Source: Anthoceros angustus
Taxonomy: Eukaryota > Plantae > Anthocerotophyta
DNA: 64,000 bases
NCBI GenBank assembly: GCA_010909165.1
Contig: MU008149.1
Span: 186,001-250,000 of the forward strand
Direction: 5' to 3'
In this document: piece after piece, positions 50,745 through 61,800 of the stretch
Position numbering within the stretch: the stretch's first letter is position 1
How the letters are laid out: each line of letters begins with the position of its first letter
Position numbers and translations under genes: made by a program
Notes under the pieces: generated by a model
The model's input: the letters and a program-made list of their open reading frames with translations, nothing else
What the model was told of the DNA's origin: nothing
Databases searched by the model: none

Positions 50745-51310
50745 AGATGAAGTACCCGTCGGGCGCCACAGCCTTGTTCCTGAAGCACCGGTGCCTGATG
50801 GGACCGAGAACGAAAATGTCTTGCTGAAACCTCGGCGAGCCAAAGCATCCTCTAACCAAAATGTGCGACACTTGGCTCCGTCCCTCCACTTCCCCCGGCT
50901 GCTGTGCGGAAGCCTGGCAGTCCCGACTTTTGCAGCTGCCACAGATTCGGGAATCAGGCAAGAAGTGGTATTGCATCACTCCATGGCCCCATAGCTTCCT
51001 ACTTTCAAACAAACCAGCAAGTTCAAAACATATAAATGTTAATCCTTCCAGTGAAACATGGCCTGTGATGACACAGGAAGACGACAAGCAGTGGAGAGCT
51101 GCGTGGGTATAGTAGACTTGCCAGCAGGTGAGAAAGAAAAAGAGTTCTGGGTCGTAGGGGGCGTAGCTCTGATTTGCAACATGATAGACTAGTGAGCCCC
51201 TAGGCCGCTTAATCTGTTCTGGTGGCCCACGGGAAAAGGAAGGACCAAGAAATGGCAGAACAGCAAAACCTCATGAATAGTCTGGCAGCCAAAATCCTAA
51301 CAAAACACAG
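50745..51310 (+). pseudogene. More diverged copy of the dynein heavy chain 3' end and flank
   Basis: Reverse complement of ~56305-55750 (..VDLPAGEK..FWV.GGVALIC-like sequence at 51110-51180). Confidence 0.85.
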
Positions 51311-51327
51311 GGATAAACCAAGCCACG

Positions 51328-52578
51328 TCAGGGGGCAAAAACCTCTGAGTGGGGACGTCCAGTCCACGTCATGGGAATGAAAGGAAGCAGGGGCTGGAAG
51401 TTTTCCACGTCGAGGGGACGGGCCAGAAAGTGGTCCCAGGTCTCCTCCTTTACTTGATAACCAATCAAGCAAGAGGTTGGGTAGTAATAGTCGGAGGGAA
51501 GCGGATCAGTATCCAGGGTGTCTGTGAAGGTGATGATGATACAGCCGTAAGCGCCCGTGACAGAGAGAAGCTTGGGTTCGTCCGGCTCGTATATGATGTC
51601 CATCAGGTTTGTCGGACAGTATCCCAGGCAACTCCATGACCAGGTTTGCAAGTCAAGAAACCAGATGGCCAAGCCGTAGCCGTCTTCAGGCGCGCCGACC
51701 ACATACAAGCCACCATCCAGCTCGACCCAATCGATAGGCCAGGGGGAGGGCAGATGAAGGTCTATCACAACCCAGGTGCACTCATGTAAGCAAAAACACA
51801 TGAGCCCCAAGCCGCTCTGGTAATATAATTTTCCTCCTACAAGCACAGGAGGCAGTTGTCCGCCTTCAAAAGCAACATCCGCCACTCTGCATGTGTCCTC
51901 ACGAATGTCGATAACCGCCACCCTACCTGGAATAATGGCAACCAGCTGGTGACCGGACATGAACACAGCCGTCAGCTGGACGTTGTGATCCACTCTGAGA
52001 GGGGTTAAGGTTAACCACTTTGAATCCAGCGGGCTGAGGATGTGGAAAGTCTCCAACCAGCCGGGACCCTGGCCTCCAAGGTTTACAGATCTGATTGGGA
52101 CTTCAAAGTCCTGCTCCCTTTCTCTCAAGCTGAAGAAAAGGGTCCCCTTGAAACAACCATGGCAGACCAAGGGGATGTGAAGTGCCGGGAAGGGCACCCT
52201 AAACTGGCTACGCTGGAGACACCAGTCGTGGCCAAGGAGGGCAATCTCGTTGTTACCCGCCACTGGTGCCTTCAACGACAGGAAGCAGACCCGAGGTTTG
52301 ATGTGCATATTAGGATCCATCAGCATCACTCGCCATGCCTTGCATACAAGCATACACACAACATAATCCTTGGCAGACAATCTCTTCAACACCTCAAAAA
52401 TCAAATTTTCGTCCAGGTTTCTCCATATATTCTCCTCCATCTGATGGACTCTAAATCGATTGTTGTTCCTTGTCCCATTCTCCTCTCTCCGAACTCCATA
52501 TTTGGTGGTGTTTGATCTTGTTCCGTCCGTCCACATAAAAACAGTCTTCCGATCAACCCAATCCTTCGAATGCGACAT
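51328..52578 (-). CDS. Intronless F-box protein with degenerate kelch/beta-propeller-like C-terminus
   Basis: IWRNLDENLIFEVLKRLS......CMLVCKAWR F-box; PPVLVGGKLYY, VELDGGLYVVG, IWFLD...WSW; first ATG at 52578 (ORF track starts at a TTG). Confidence 0.85.
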   Translation of the reverse strand: MSHSKDWVDRKTVFMWTDGTRSNTTKYGVRREENGTRNNNRFRVHQMEENIWRNLDENLIFEVLKRLSAKDYVVCMLVCKAWRVMLMDPNMHIKPRVCFLSLKAPVAGNNEIALLGHDWCLQRSQFRVPFPALHIPLVCHGCFKGTLFFSLREREQDFEVPIRSVNLGGQGPGWLETFHILSPLDSKWLTLTPLRVDHNVQLTAVFMSGHQLVAIIPGRVAVIDIREDTCRVADVAFEGGQLPPVLVGGKLYYQSGLGLMCFCLHECTWVVIDLHLPSPWPIDWVELDGGLYVVGAPEDGYGLAIWFLDLQTWSWSCLGYCPTNLMDIIYEPDEPKLLSVTGAYGCIIITFTDTLDTDPLPSDYYYPTSCLIGYQVKEETWDHFLARPLDVENFQPLLPFIPMTWTGRPHSEVFAP

Positions 52579-52689
52579 GATGATATTTGCTTGTGCCGCC
52601 AACCTGGTCAACTTGAGCTCCCAGCACTTCCTTGTGTACAGTTTCCGCGGCCGCGCTCAATGCTTCCACTTCCAGTTAGGTCAAAATAT

Positions 52690-53260
52690 TTTGAGCTAGG
52701 TTAAGGACGTGACCTAGATTCACAATATCTAGATGAAATGTGGCATGATATCATTCGACCTTTGTTGCCCCCGTGTGGTCCTAGCCATGACAAGCTAGAT
52801 TCACACTAAAAAAATGGTAAGCTAGATTTAACGCATCTAAATGTAATGTTGCATACTACTATTTGACTTCTTTTGTGGGTACGTATCACTATGTAAACAT
52901 AGTAAACTAGATTTAAGGCATCTAGATACAACATATCGTTGTTACTTTGGTTAAGAATGTGGACTAAGTTATATCATCTACATGCATGCAATATGGTAAG
53001 ATACCTAACTATTTTGAGTCTACATTTATACCATCTACATACATGCAATTTGTGTATGTTAGTTAGCTATTATGAATCTACATAGTAAACTAGATTTAAG
53101 GCATCTAGAAACAATATATCATTCACAGTTTGAATTAAGTTAAGCATCTACATGCATGTAATGTGATACAATGCCTAAATATTTTGAGCCTAGATTTATA
53201 CCATTTACATGCATGGAATTTGTGTGTGATACTTAACTATTATGAACCTTCTCAGTTGTG
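52690..53260 (-). repeat. AT-rich CTAGAT array related to 10380-10650 and 23200-23547, with internal ~180 bp duplication
   Basis: Minus-strand CTTAACCTAGCTC, ACATTCTTAACC, GTTGTATCTAG, CTTAAATCTAG; CATAGTAAACTAGATTTAAGGCATCTAGA at ~52898 and 53081. Confidence 0.72.
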
Positions 53261-53513
53261 TAGACACGGTTAGCTAAACTGGGATAAAAGAATCGTATTT
53301 TGCATTTCCTTTTCACTAGTTCCCTCTGCCCCCTTTCACTTTTTGTCTCCATAGTGCCTTATTTGTTGAGGGCGAGCTTCATCCCTTCACCTTGGGCTGA
53401 AGGCCTATTGGAGGGCACATGAAGGTGACTTGAACTGGCTAGGTTGAACTGGCTACATATCAGATTGCAGGCCGCACTCCACATTGTCGCTCGTTTACAC
53501 AAAGTGCGCGCTC

Positions 53514-53668
53514 AACAAGTAGAGTAGTATTGAATGGAACTGCAAAGAGCATGCTCAACAAGTGGAGTAGTACTACTAAACAGAACAATAGCAAGTGGAG
53601 TAGTACTGCTGAACGGAACTGCAGCAAGTAGAGTAGTACTATTGAACGGAACTGCAGGAAGTGGAGAG
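53514..53668. repeat. ~33 bp minisatellite (CAAGTRGAGTAGTACTRYTGAACGGAACTGCAG), 4-5 units
   Basis: Read directly. Confidence 0.85.
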
Positions 53669-54423
53669 TCTCCTCCTGGAGGGATGCCCAGTCACCAGCC
53701 TAAAAGCACCGAAGACGACTAGCAACCTCCCGATGCTCGGAAGCCCCAGCCCTAGTATACCGAAGACACCACTGGGGGAAAAGTAGGAGAAGCACCAAGC
53801 TAACTCGTCCTGAGGATCAAGAGCAAGGCGGTCCAAGGAAAGACGGAATGCCAAACGGGCATCATCATGAAGGTGCCGGGAAGTCAGCGGAAGATGCGCG
53901 AGTATGGAAAGCGGGTTTCAAACATCCCAAGCATGTGATCCAGCTGACTCCGCAACCATTCCCAGGAAGAAAGAGGCACCCCAAGGAGGACGATACTGAA
54001 CACCGGAGTCTGCACAGCGGAACTGGGGGACGTCGCAAGGTGCACTTGGGCAGCCCAAGTAGTCTGGTCGGAATCTTTATGCATGTGCCCGATGTGGGTT
54101 TTCACCCCCTTGACACCCGCAGCAGAGTTGAGCACAGATAGGACAAGGAATGTCCTTGACGGTCACAGAAGGTGTGGGCCGTCCCATTGGGTAGGGTACA
54201 AGAAGAGCCTGCAAATGCTAGCCGGAGGGTGTTAGGGCCAAGGAGGTACCAGGGATCGAGGACAAAACGACCCCAGCCTTTACCAGACATATATACAAAG
54301 TTTGAGCTCCATATGGTGAACCCCAAAAAACCGGCCAAAAGAGCCGTGCCTATAGGGACTACAACCCACAGAAACACTGCCAACCCACCAAACTAGCGCC
54401 CGCACCTGCAATTCATTACCAAA

Positions 54424-55276
54424 AGGTTGGTGCAAGTAGAGCTCTTTTTCTTCAGGTATAGTCAGGCTCGTCATGCTCCGATGGAGCTTGATGAAGAGTC
54501 TCCCGAACTTTTCAAGATACCTTCTTCTTTTTATTACCCTAAGCAAATTCCTTACCTTTCTATCATTGCACCTTTAATTTGCACCTCCTCCTTCTCTCTA
54601 CTCAAATCTTCTAAGCTTCCCACCATTGCACCTCTTCCATCTTCTTATCCCAAGCTCCTTAAGCTTCCCAAAACCGTACCTCTTTCATCTTCCTATCCAA
54701 ATCCAGGCTACCTGAGTTTCCCAAAATTGCACTTCTCCATCTTCTTATCCCAAGGAGCTCCTTGAGCTTCCCAAAACTGCACCTCCTCCACCTTCCTATC
54801 CCAAGCAGCTCCCCGACTTTCCCAAAACTGCACCTCCTCTATTTTTCTATCCCAAGCAGCTCCATGAGATTCCCAAAATTTCACCTCCTCCATTTTTCTA
54901 TCCCAAGCTCCTTCAGCTTCTCAAAACTGCACCTACTCCATTTTCCTATCCCAAGATCCCTAAACTTCCCAAAACTGCACCTCCTCCATCTTTATATCCC
55001 AAGTTCCCTGAGCTTCCCAAAATTGTACGTCCTTTATCTTTCTACCCCGCACCTACTCCCTCCCATTACTTCAAGCTTCCCAATTTTCGAAAGCTCCCCA
55101 AGACACCTCCTCCTCCTTCTTACTACACCAAGGCCCCCAAGTTTCCGGAGACACCTTTACCTTCCCACCCAAAGCTTCCCAAGCAGCCCAAGATACTTCC
55201 TCCTCTTTCCTACCCTGGCACGCCTCTGCCAGAGAATACACAAGTTGCTCCTCCCCCGTACTACAAGAAGCACTGA
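54424..55276 (+). pseudogene. PELPK-like pseudogene (5'-truncated, frameshifted paralogue of 44897-45946); 3' flank also duplicated to ~55680
   Basis: Starts at GGTTGGTGCAAGTAGAGCTCT (= EVGASRAL), signal peptide missing, frameshifts near 54445-54735; flank 55274-55680 matches 45944-46370. Confidence 0.87.
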
Positions 55277-55869
55277 TCGACATGAGTATGCAAAAACCAC
55301 GAAACAGGTAACCAATCGATTAGCGGACCAGACCAACTTCATACCCCATCTTGGTGGTGACTGTGTTTCGACGCTGACACTGCGATGGTGGGTGGTGCAT
55401 CATTGAAGAATGGATTCTGGAACGAGCATGTTCCACTTCAGAGCTTCACACAAAGGAGCTACGTGTGCAACGATACGTTAAGAGTAGACAAACAGTTCAT
55501 TCACCTAGCCTTCTACCTACTGTACATAGCAGCCTTCACATTAGAAGAGCTTATGTACAGCCTTCACATTCGAAGAAATTATGTACAGCCTTCACATTCG
55601 AAGAGCTGTGTGCTGCTGAACGCCCTCCTATGTACATCAACCCCCGCCTTCCTATATACACTGAACGACCAAGATTCGGCCAAGATTCAGACTCTGGTCT
55701 ACGTCAAGACCAGGTGTTTCCGCTCCCTTCGGTTATCCTATCTCTGAGAGTTCTGTTAGGATCTTGGCTGTCAGACTACCTATTCAGTATTTTGACATCT
55801 TTTTTGTCCTTCCTTTTTCAGGAGGTGACCAGAACCAGAACAGACTCTCATCCCCTATTTCGGGGCTCA

Positions 55870-58800
55870 CTAGTCTCTGCTGCTGCAAATCAGAGCTACG
55901 CCCCTTAGAACCCAGAATTTTGATTCTTTCTCGCCTGCTGGCAAGTCCACTGTACCCACGCAGCTCTCCAGTGCTTGACGCCTCCCTGTGTCATCACAGG
56001 CTATGCTTCAGTGGAAGGCTTTTTAATTAACATTTCCATGTTTTGCTGGTTAAGTAGGTTCCGTGGAGTGATTGCATACCATTTCTTGCCTGGTTCCTGT
56101 AAATGGGGCAGCTGTAAACATCGGGACTGCCAGGCTTCGGTGGGCGGGCAATCTGGGAAGAGGAAGGACGGAGCCAAATGTCGCACATCTTGGTTAGAGG
56201 ATCCTTGGGCTCGGTTTCAGTAAGACATTTTCGTTTAGAGTCCCATCGTGCACCCTCTAGGAACAAGCCTGTGATGTAGTAGCCTTCCGACGGATACTCC
56301 ATCTGCGAGAGGTCCAAGTGTTACCTGTGGCTGGAGTGGAGGCTCAAGTGCAACAACTGCCTCATTGGTAACACAAGAGAATCTGGACTCGCTGGTGTAC
56401 CTGAGACTCGTAATCCACCAAGCCGATGTGCAAGGATACAGTATCCAAGGGAACAGCATGAAGACGGGCATGCTGTTGGACTGTAGCTGCAAAGACTGCC
56501 TGTAGTGCCCACATTGTAAGCGGATCATGTGACACTTCGACGTTCAGATATGCTTCATGCACGGTAGCTGTAAAGCAAACAATCACCTGAGGGAAGAATA
56601 GACCAGAAATCCAGATGACTTTGGGAGTTCCAAAATCTATCCAGCCCTTTATGAAATCCAGACGCTTTGAAAGATCGTCGACCCAACTCGCCAGAGACTT
56701 GAGGCTTGGGTAGGAGTATTGCAGCCACATATCAGGAACCTGGCAAAGTAACTTGCTGAAGTAAGTTTCTTACAAACTTGAGAGCGGACCCACAAATTCT
56801 GGATGCAAAGAAGACGTACCTGTCCAGCAAGGATACTGTTGCAGACAGCTTCTATCGAGGCGGTAAGCTCCTCAGGGCGCATGATTGCCTTCAAGGAGCA
56901 GCAGAACATCAATTAGATTCTCCTAGTGTAACTGAACTACTCAACGGAGCGTGAGAGATTTGGTACTTTCAAGAATTTCGCGTACTTTTTCGGTCTGTAT
57001 GATGGATTCTCTCACAAGCTGAATCAGGCGGTTATAATGTTTGACCTCCTGCAATAAATTCAAAGCACCATTCATTGAAGCGAGTTTGTTTCATTTAGAT
57101 GAAAAATGCGGATGAATGGGTTCTGTTTGATGCAACGTATTCCCACACAGAGTGGAAACAAAAGGGAGAGCTACCTGGAGCAGGATCATCAAGAAAGGGT
57201 CATTAGAGTTCTTCAGATTTACACGCAGCTCTGCTTCTCGTAGACCAGTGTGAACCGTCTTCCCAATTTCCTGTAAACAATTCAGCGCCATTCCCTTTTT
57301 CTGCCATACCATGCGTCAGTATGAGACGAATGAAATGATTCGATCAGGAGATTATGCTCAAAGTTGCAATTTCAAGCATATCCGCAGACTGAGTATCTCA
57401 CATCCTCGAACTCGAACATGCATGTGAAAGGTTCGATCAACGAGTTCTGGTAGCACTCCAGGGATAAGGCTAATGCTAACAGCTCGTTTGCTTCTCTTTG
57501 TGCACGCCCAATCACTGCATCCTTGGGAAGCCCCATCACCTGCTTGCGGCAAAATTCAACTTCTCTTTGAGCCATATTTTGCCCTCTAGGCTGAGAATGA
57601 CTGTAAGACTTGCAATAATAAGCCTCCGTGCACACGTTACACGAAAACAACCTCAGGGTCGTCTGCATCGGGCAAGTGTTGAGTGTGGTTGATGAAGTCT
57701 TCTAGAGTGCCTGTATCTTTGGGCAGATAGCTTCTCATCACCGCTTCCCAGTCGTTGTACTCATCCTCTGAATCAGGAAATGAACGATTCATTCTACTTG
57801 CAAAAGATCTGCATTTCTAGGCCCTTGGACATTTAGTCCTGTCACAGATAAGTATATGCTCCAGCACTTACTTGTAGCAAAACATCGGTCGTACAACTTT
57901 GTCATACAGAGCTGGTCCCAGGTGTCAACCACGTGACCACCATAGATTATCTCTGTTGTCATTGTTTTCAGAAGGCTTCTAGGAGAGACGGTATCCAATG
58001 CTGGAGCACCCGAATTGCTAGGCTGTATTATGCAGCCGACTTCGTCAGCCTGCTTTGCATCAGGTGTATTTATCGGCAGACCCTCGTCGGGTTTGAGTTC
58101 CTTTCTGATGTCTGAGAGCTCGTCAAGTTGCGCTTTTGCAAGATTGAAGTCATTCAAGTCAATGGGCAGTGCATTGTTCCATCTACATGGAGCACATTGA
58201 AACTGTCAACACTTACTGAGTGTAAAGTGAACCATGAACAACAAGCCAAACCACAGCATCATTTCTACATCGTGAGAAGACGTTAGGGAAACCACTGACA
58301 AAGGAGGAAATAGAAAAGGCAAAGTCGCAGGACGATGAACGTGGATGCTTACCCCAGAGAGCCAAAGCTTCCCCGCTCCTGGACCAAGGAATGGAACAGA
58401 GCAAGCTGAAAAATAGCCCTTGAATGCCGCACATTTCGGCCCTCCTTCCTCATCCTCCGTTGGCCCTGTCATGTTGTGATCTTTGTCTGTAAGATTGTTA
58501 CCATATAGACAATTAGATTGTAGTCAACAGATTCAGAATACTTAGGCAACCAACAGTGTAGTCTTCCTCTGCTTGTTGGGACAGTAGAATCTTTAGAACT
58601 TTGGATTTGACTCCCTTCGAAGGCTCCAATACTATTCTGACACTGCATTCAAAGCAGCACATGCTATGATATTATAGATCACTGCAACCTACGAGGCCCA
58701 TATAGCCAAGACCTGAGAGGAAGGCCAACGAGTGTGCTCTACCAATTTGTAAGAAGGCTGGATGGGGACCCAGTCAGCGGTTGGGTTGTGAGCCAAAGGC

Positions 58801-61800
58801 GAAAAGTGCTTTGCACAATGCTTTGCCTTAACTCCTCGAACACAACTTCCAGTTTTTTCATAAAGGCACCGTCTGTGTGACAATTTTGGAGAAGCACCCA
58901 CCTGTATCCGATGTCCTTTACATAAATGGCTTACATTGCTACTGTGTTGTGAACAAAAAGAAGTAAATGACAATCATAGTTATTGGGAGCTTCTGCATAC
59001 TCACTTTCCCCATTGGGCTGCTTCTTTGATAGCCTCCACTACCTTATGCCCCTGCGTGCACACGACCCAACATTCATAGGCAAGTGAGCACGGACTTAGC
59101 TTTCCAGCAATTGGGTTTCGACAAACAGCAGAATATGAACCTGGCAGTGGTCCAGAGAGAACACCCACAGCTTCCGGAGCATGCTCTGGCGCTTAGCAAA
59201 ATCTAGAATCTGCATCACACGATTTCAATTAAGTAGCAGGAATCTGTACGTTCGTGAAGCTACAATGACTTGTTACCTCTTCTACTGGGGCAGACACATT
59301 GTCGTGAATACAAGTGATTGGAATATCCATATTTGATTCTTCATACGCATCCTCAACTGTAATAAGCCCTTCATCTTCACTGGCAAGATTTAGAACTTCT
59401 CTCACCAGATTTTGAATAGCCTCAGCCAACTGCTCACATAGTTCAGTACCAACACGTTGTGAGTCCACGCAACTGGACGCTCACTTTATTGATGTAGTTT
59501 CATGTTGAAGCATCGTGAGGCTAAGAAACTGCACACAAGGCTTAGGCAGGCAGAAGAGGAGGAGGACCAGTACCCTATCAGGCCGTAGACAACGTAGTAC
59601 AAGTAGAGACCTGAATGCCCCAATTTTGTTCCTCCAAGCTGCAGGTATTGAGGCAAATGATTTGGACAGATAGAATTCTTTCCAGGGCCTGGCTTTCAGG
59701 TCTTCGATCAGTCCTTTAAAACTGTCAACAGGATCATGCCACGAAATCTCTTAGCTATCAGCAGCCTCCATGCAACAAAGCGGGGCAGGAAGCTGCCACA
59801 ATCACCTGGGAAACTTTGATAGATGGCAAAGCTGTTTCCACTCAGTGGACGTTGACTTTAACCATGAAGGGCATCGCTCATCAGAGCACGTTGGAGGACC
59901 CCCAGTGTCCCCCCGGAGCAAAAACATCCACTCGTCCTGGCACACATCTTGTCTCGTTTGTGCTATCCTGTAGGGTTGCAGGTAACAGTCCAACATTGAA
60001 CCTATACTCGTTCTGTGATGTGTCAGGCTGTACACCAGATTTAATTTGAGGTATAGTGCATCCTGAATTCACCTGAACGTAATGAGAAGTCCAAATAGGA
60101 GACGATGCCTCTGCAAGAGGCTACTGCTGACTTGTTTGTAAATCGCAGAGGTGACCTTATGTATTAGATACGTTATCCTCGTTTCTAGCTCAACTGGATT
60201 CAAGGATGATGTTCGTTGCATGCTTTTGCTGTACGCAGTTTTGAACCAAGGAAGAGTCCACTGGTAAATGGGTTCAAGCTGCAACACACAGGCTAAGGAA
60301 GTCAGAATGGTGGCTATCCCCTACAACCCTTCTTGCCATGAGAAGTTGAAAGAGTCCCAGCAGAACATCATCTTTTGAATCTTACACATATTTGATGCAA
60401 TGACACTTCACAGTCAGCTCTGAGAGTTAAAAGACTGATTTCACGACAAATTGAGCAGAAACAGACGAATAGAAACGAAGTACTTTAGCCACATCGGCAA
60501 TGCAGGAGTACAAAGTCGTCGCCCTTTCTGCAATGGGCTTGTATCGTCGTCGTATGACTTCAATCACCTTCTCAGTTGAAGCTGCCTTTGTCATCCTCGT
60601 CTGGAAAAGTAGAAGCATCCCGTCAGCAAACACATCAATCATCTACAAATTCGTGGCCTCAGTTTCATAATTTGGATAGAACTCTAGTCATATGTGACTA
60701 ATTCATTTCCTCTTTTGATGTATGATACGTATTCTGAGTGGCCTCCCCACAGTCTGTCTCCTTTAACTTTCACTCTCCCAATTTCCCCGCCCCTGCACTC
60801 TTGTGTAAGATAGCTGGAGTACCTGGATATCAGCATATGTAGCTGTTGCCACCGACAGCGCTTGTTCCAGGGCCTCGTTGTCCAGAATAGTTCCCTGTTT
60901 AGCATATTTTGGAGCTTAGTGTACTTAAAGTAGTACTGGACGTCCCTGTAACACAGTTCTCGTGAGCAGGAAGAGATTGTTTGGGAAGCCTAGCCCACCA
61001 TTACTCCCTGAAGGAGTGTTAGAATATGATTCTCCACTTCATGAAGCTTGCAATTTAAGGCTAGCCGTTGATGCAGTAGGCGATTCCTTTCCTCCTCAAG
61101 GTCCTGCCTCTCTCTTTCAGCGGCTGAAAGCATAAACTCTATTGTAAGGGACCGTTGACGTTCACAATTGCAGAATACTTATCTGACCAGCGAAGTCACA
61201 CTCTGAAAGCAAAGCTACCCTGTTGTGCCTTGCCATTTTAAGCAGAGATCAACAGCGATTTGTATGGCTCACCAATGGAGAGAAGCTGACTGCATAATCC
61301 GCGGAATGTGATTGAAAAATCCACGATGTTCAAACTGATGCCCGCCTGCAGGTATGCCAAACTTATGCCCTTGAGGATTCCCACACCATATGTGTTCAGT
61401 TGTTAACAAGCCCCTTCTACTCAACCACTGTGCTCCAGGACTATGTACCTCATCAGAGCACTTAAATCCTGCCTCAGTTGTCAAGAAAATGCACCGGCAG
61501 TCTGATGAAAGCTTGCAGTGCTGTTTTGAAGGTTCCATGTTAGGAGAGTCAGTTGATCGGCCTTTCCGCACAGTTGTGATCCGATGTAGGAGACCGGGGG
61601 GTGTGAAACTCCCTACATTCTCGACCAGCAGCAGTCCATCTTCTACGATACAAGACTCAACCTCCTCAAGAAGTTTTTCTGAGTTTGCATCGACAGTTTG
61701 GACACCATAGGGGTCTTCCAGTCTACGAATCCAGTTGCTAACTTGCTTTTGGGGATCCAGAACAAGAGCTGGACGAGAACTGTTACACACAATGATGGCA

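Noticed and set aside
53700-54420. Possible retroelement gag or other coding fragment
   Set aside because: No diagnostic motif recognised in any frame
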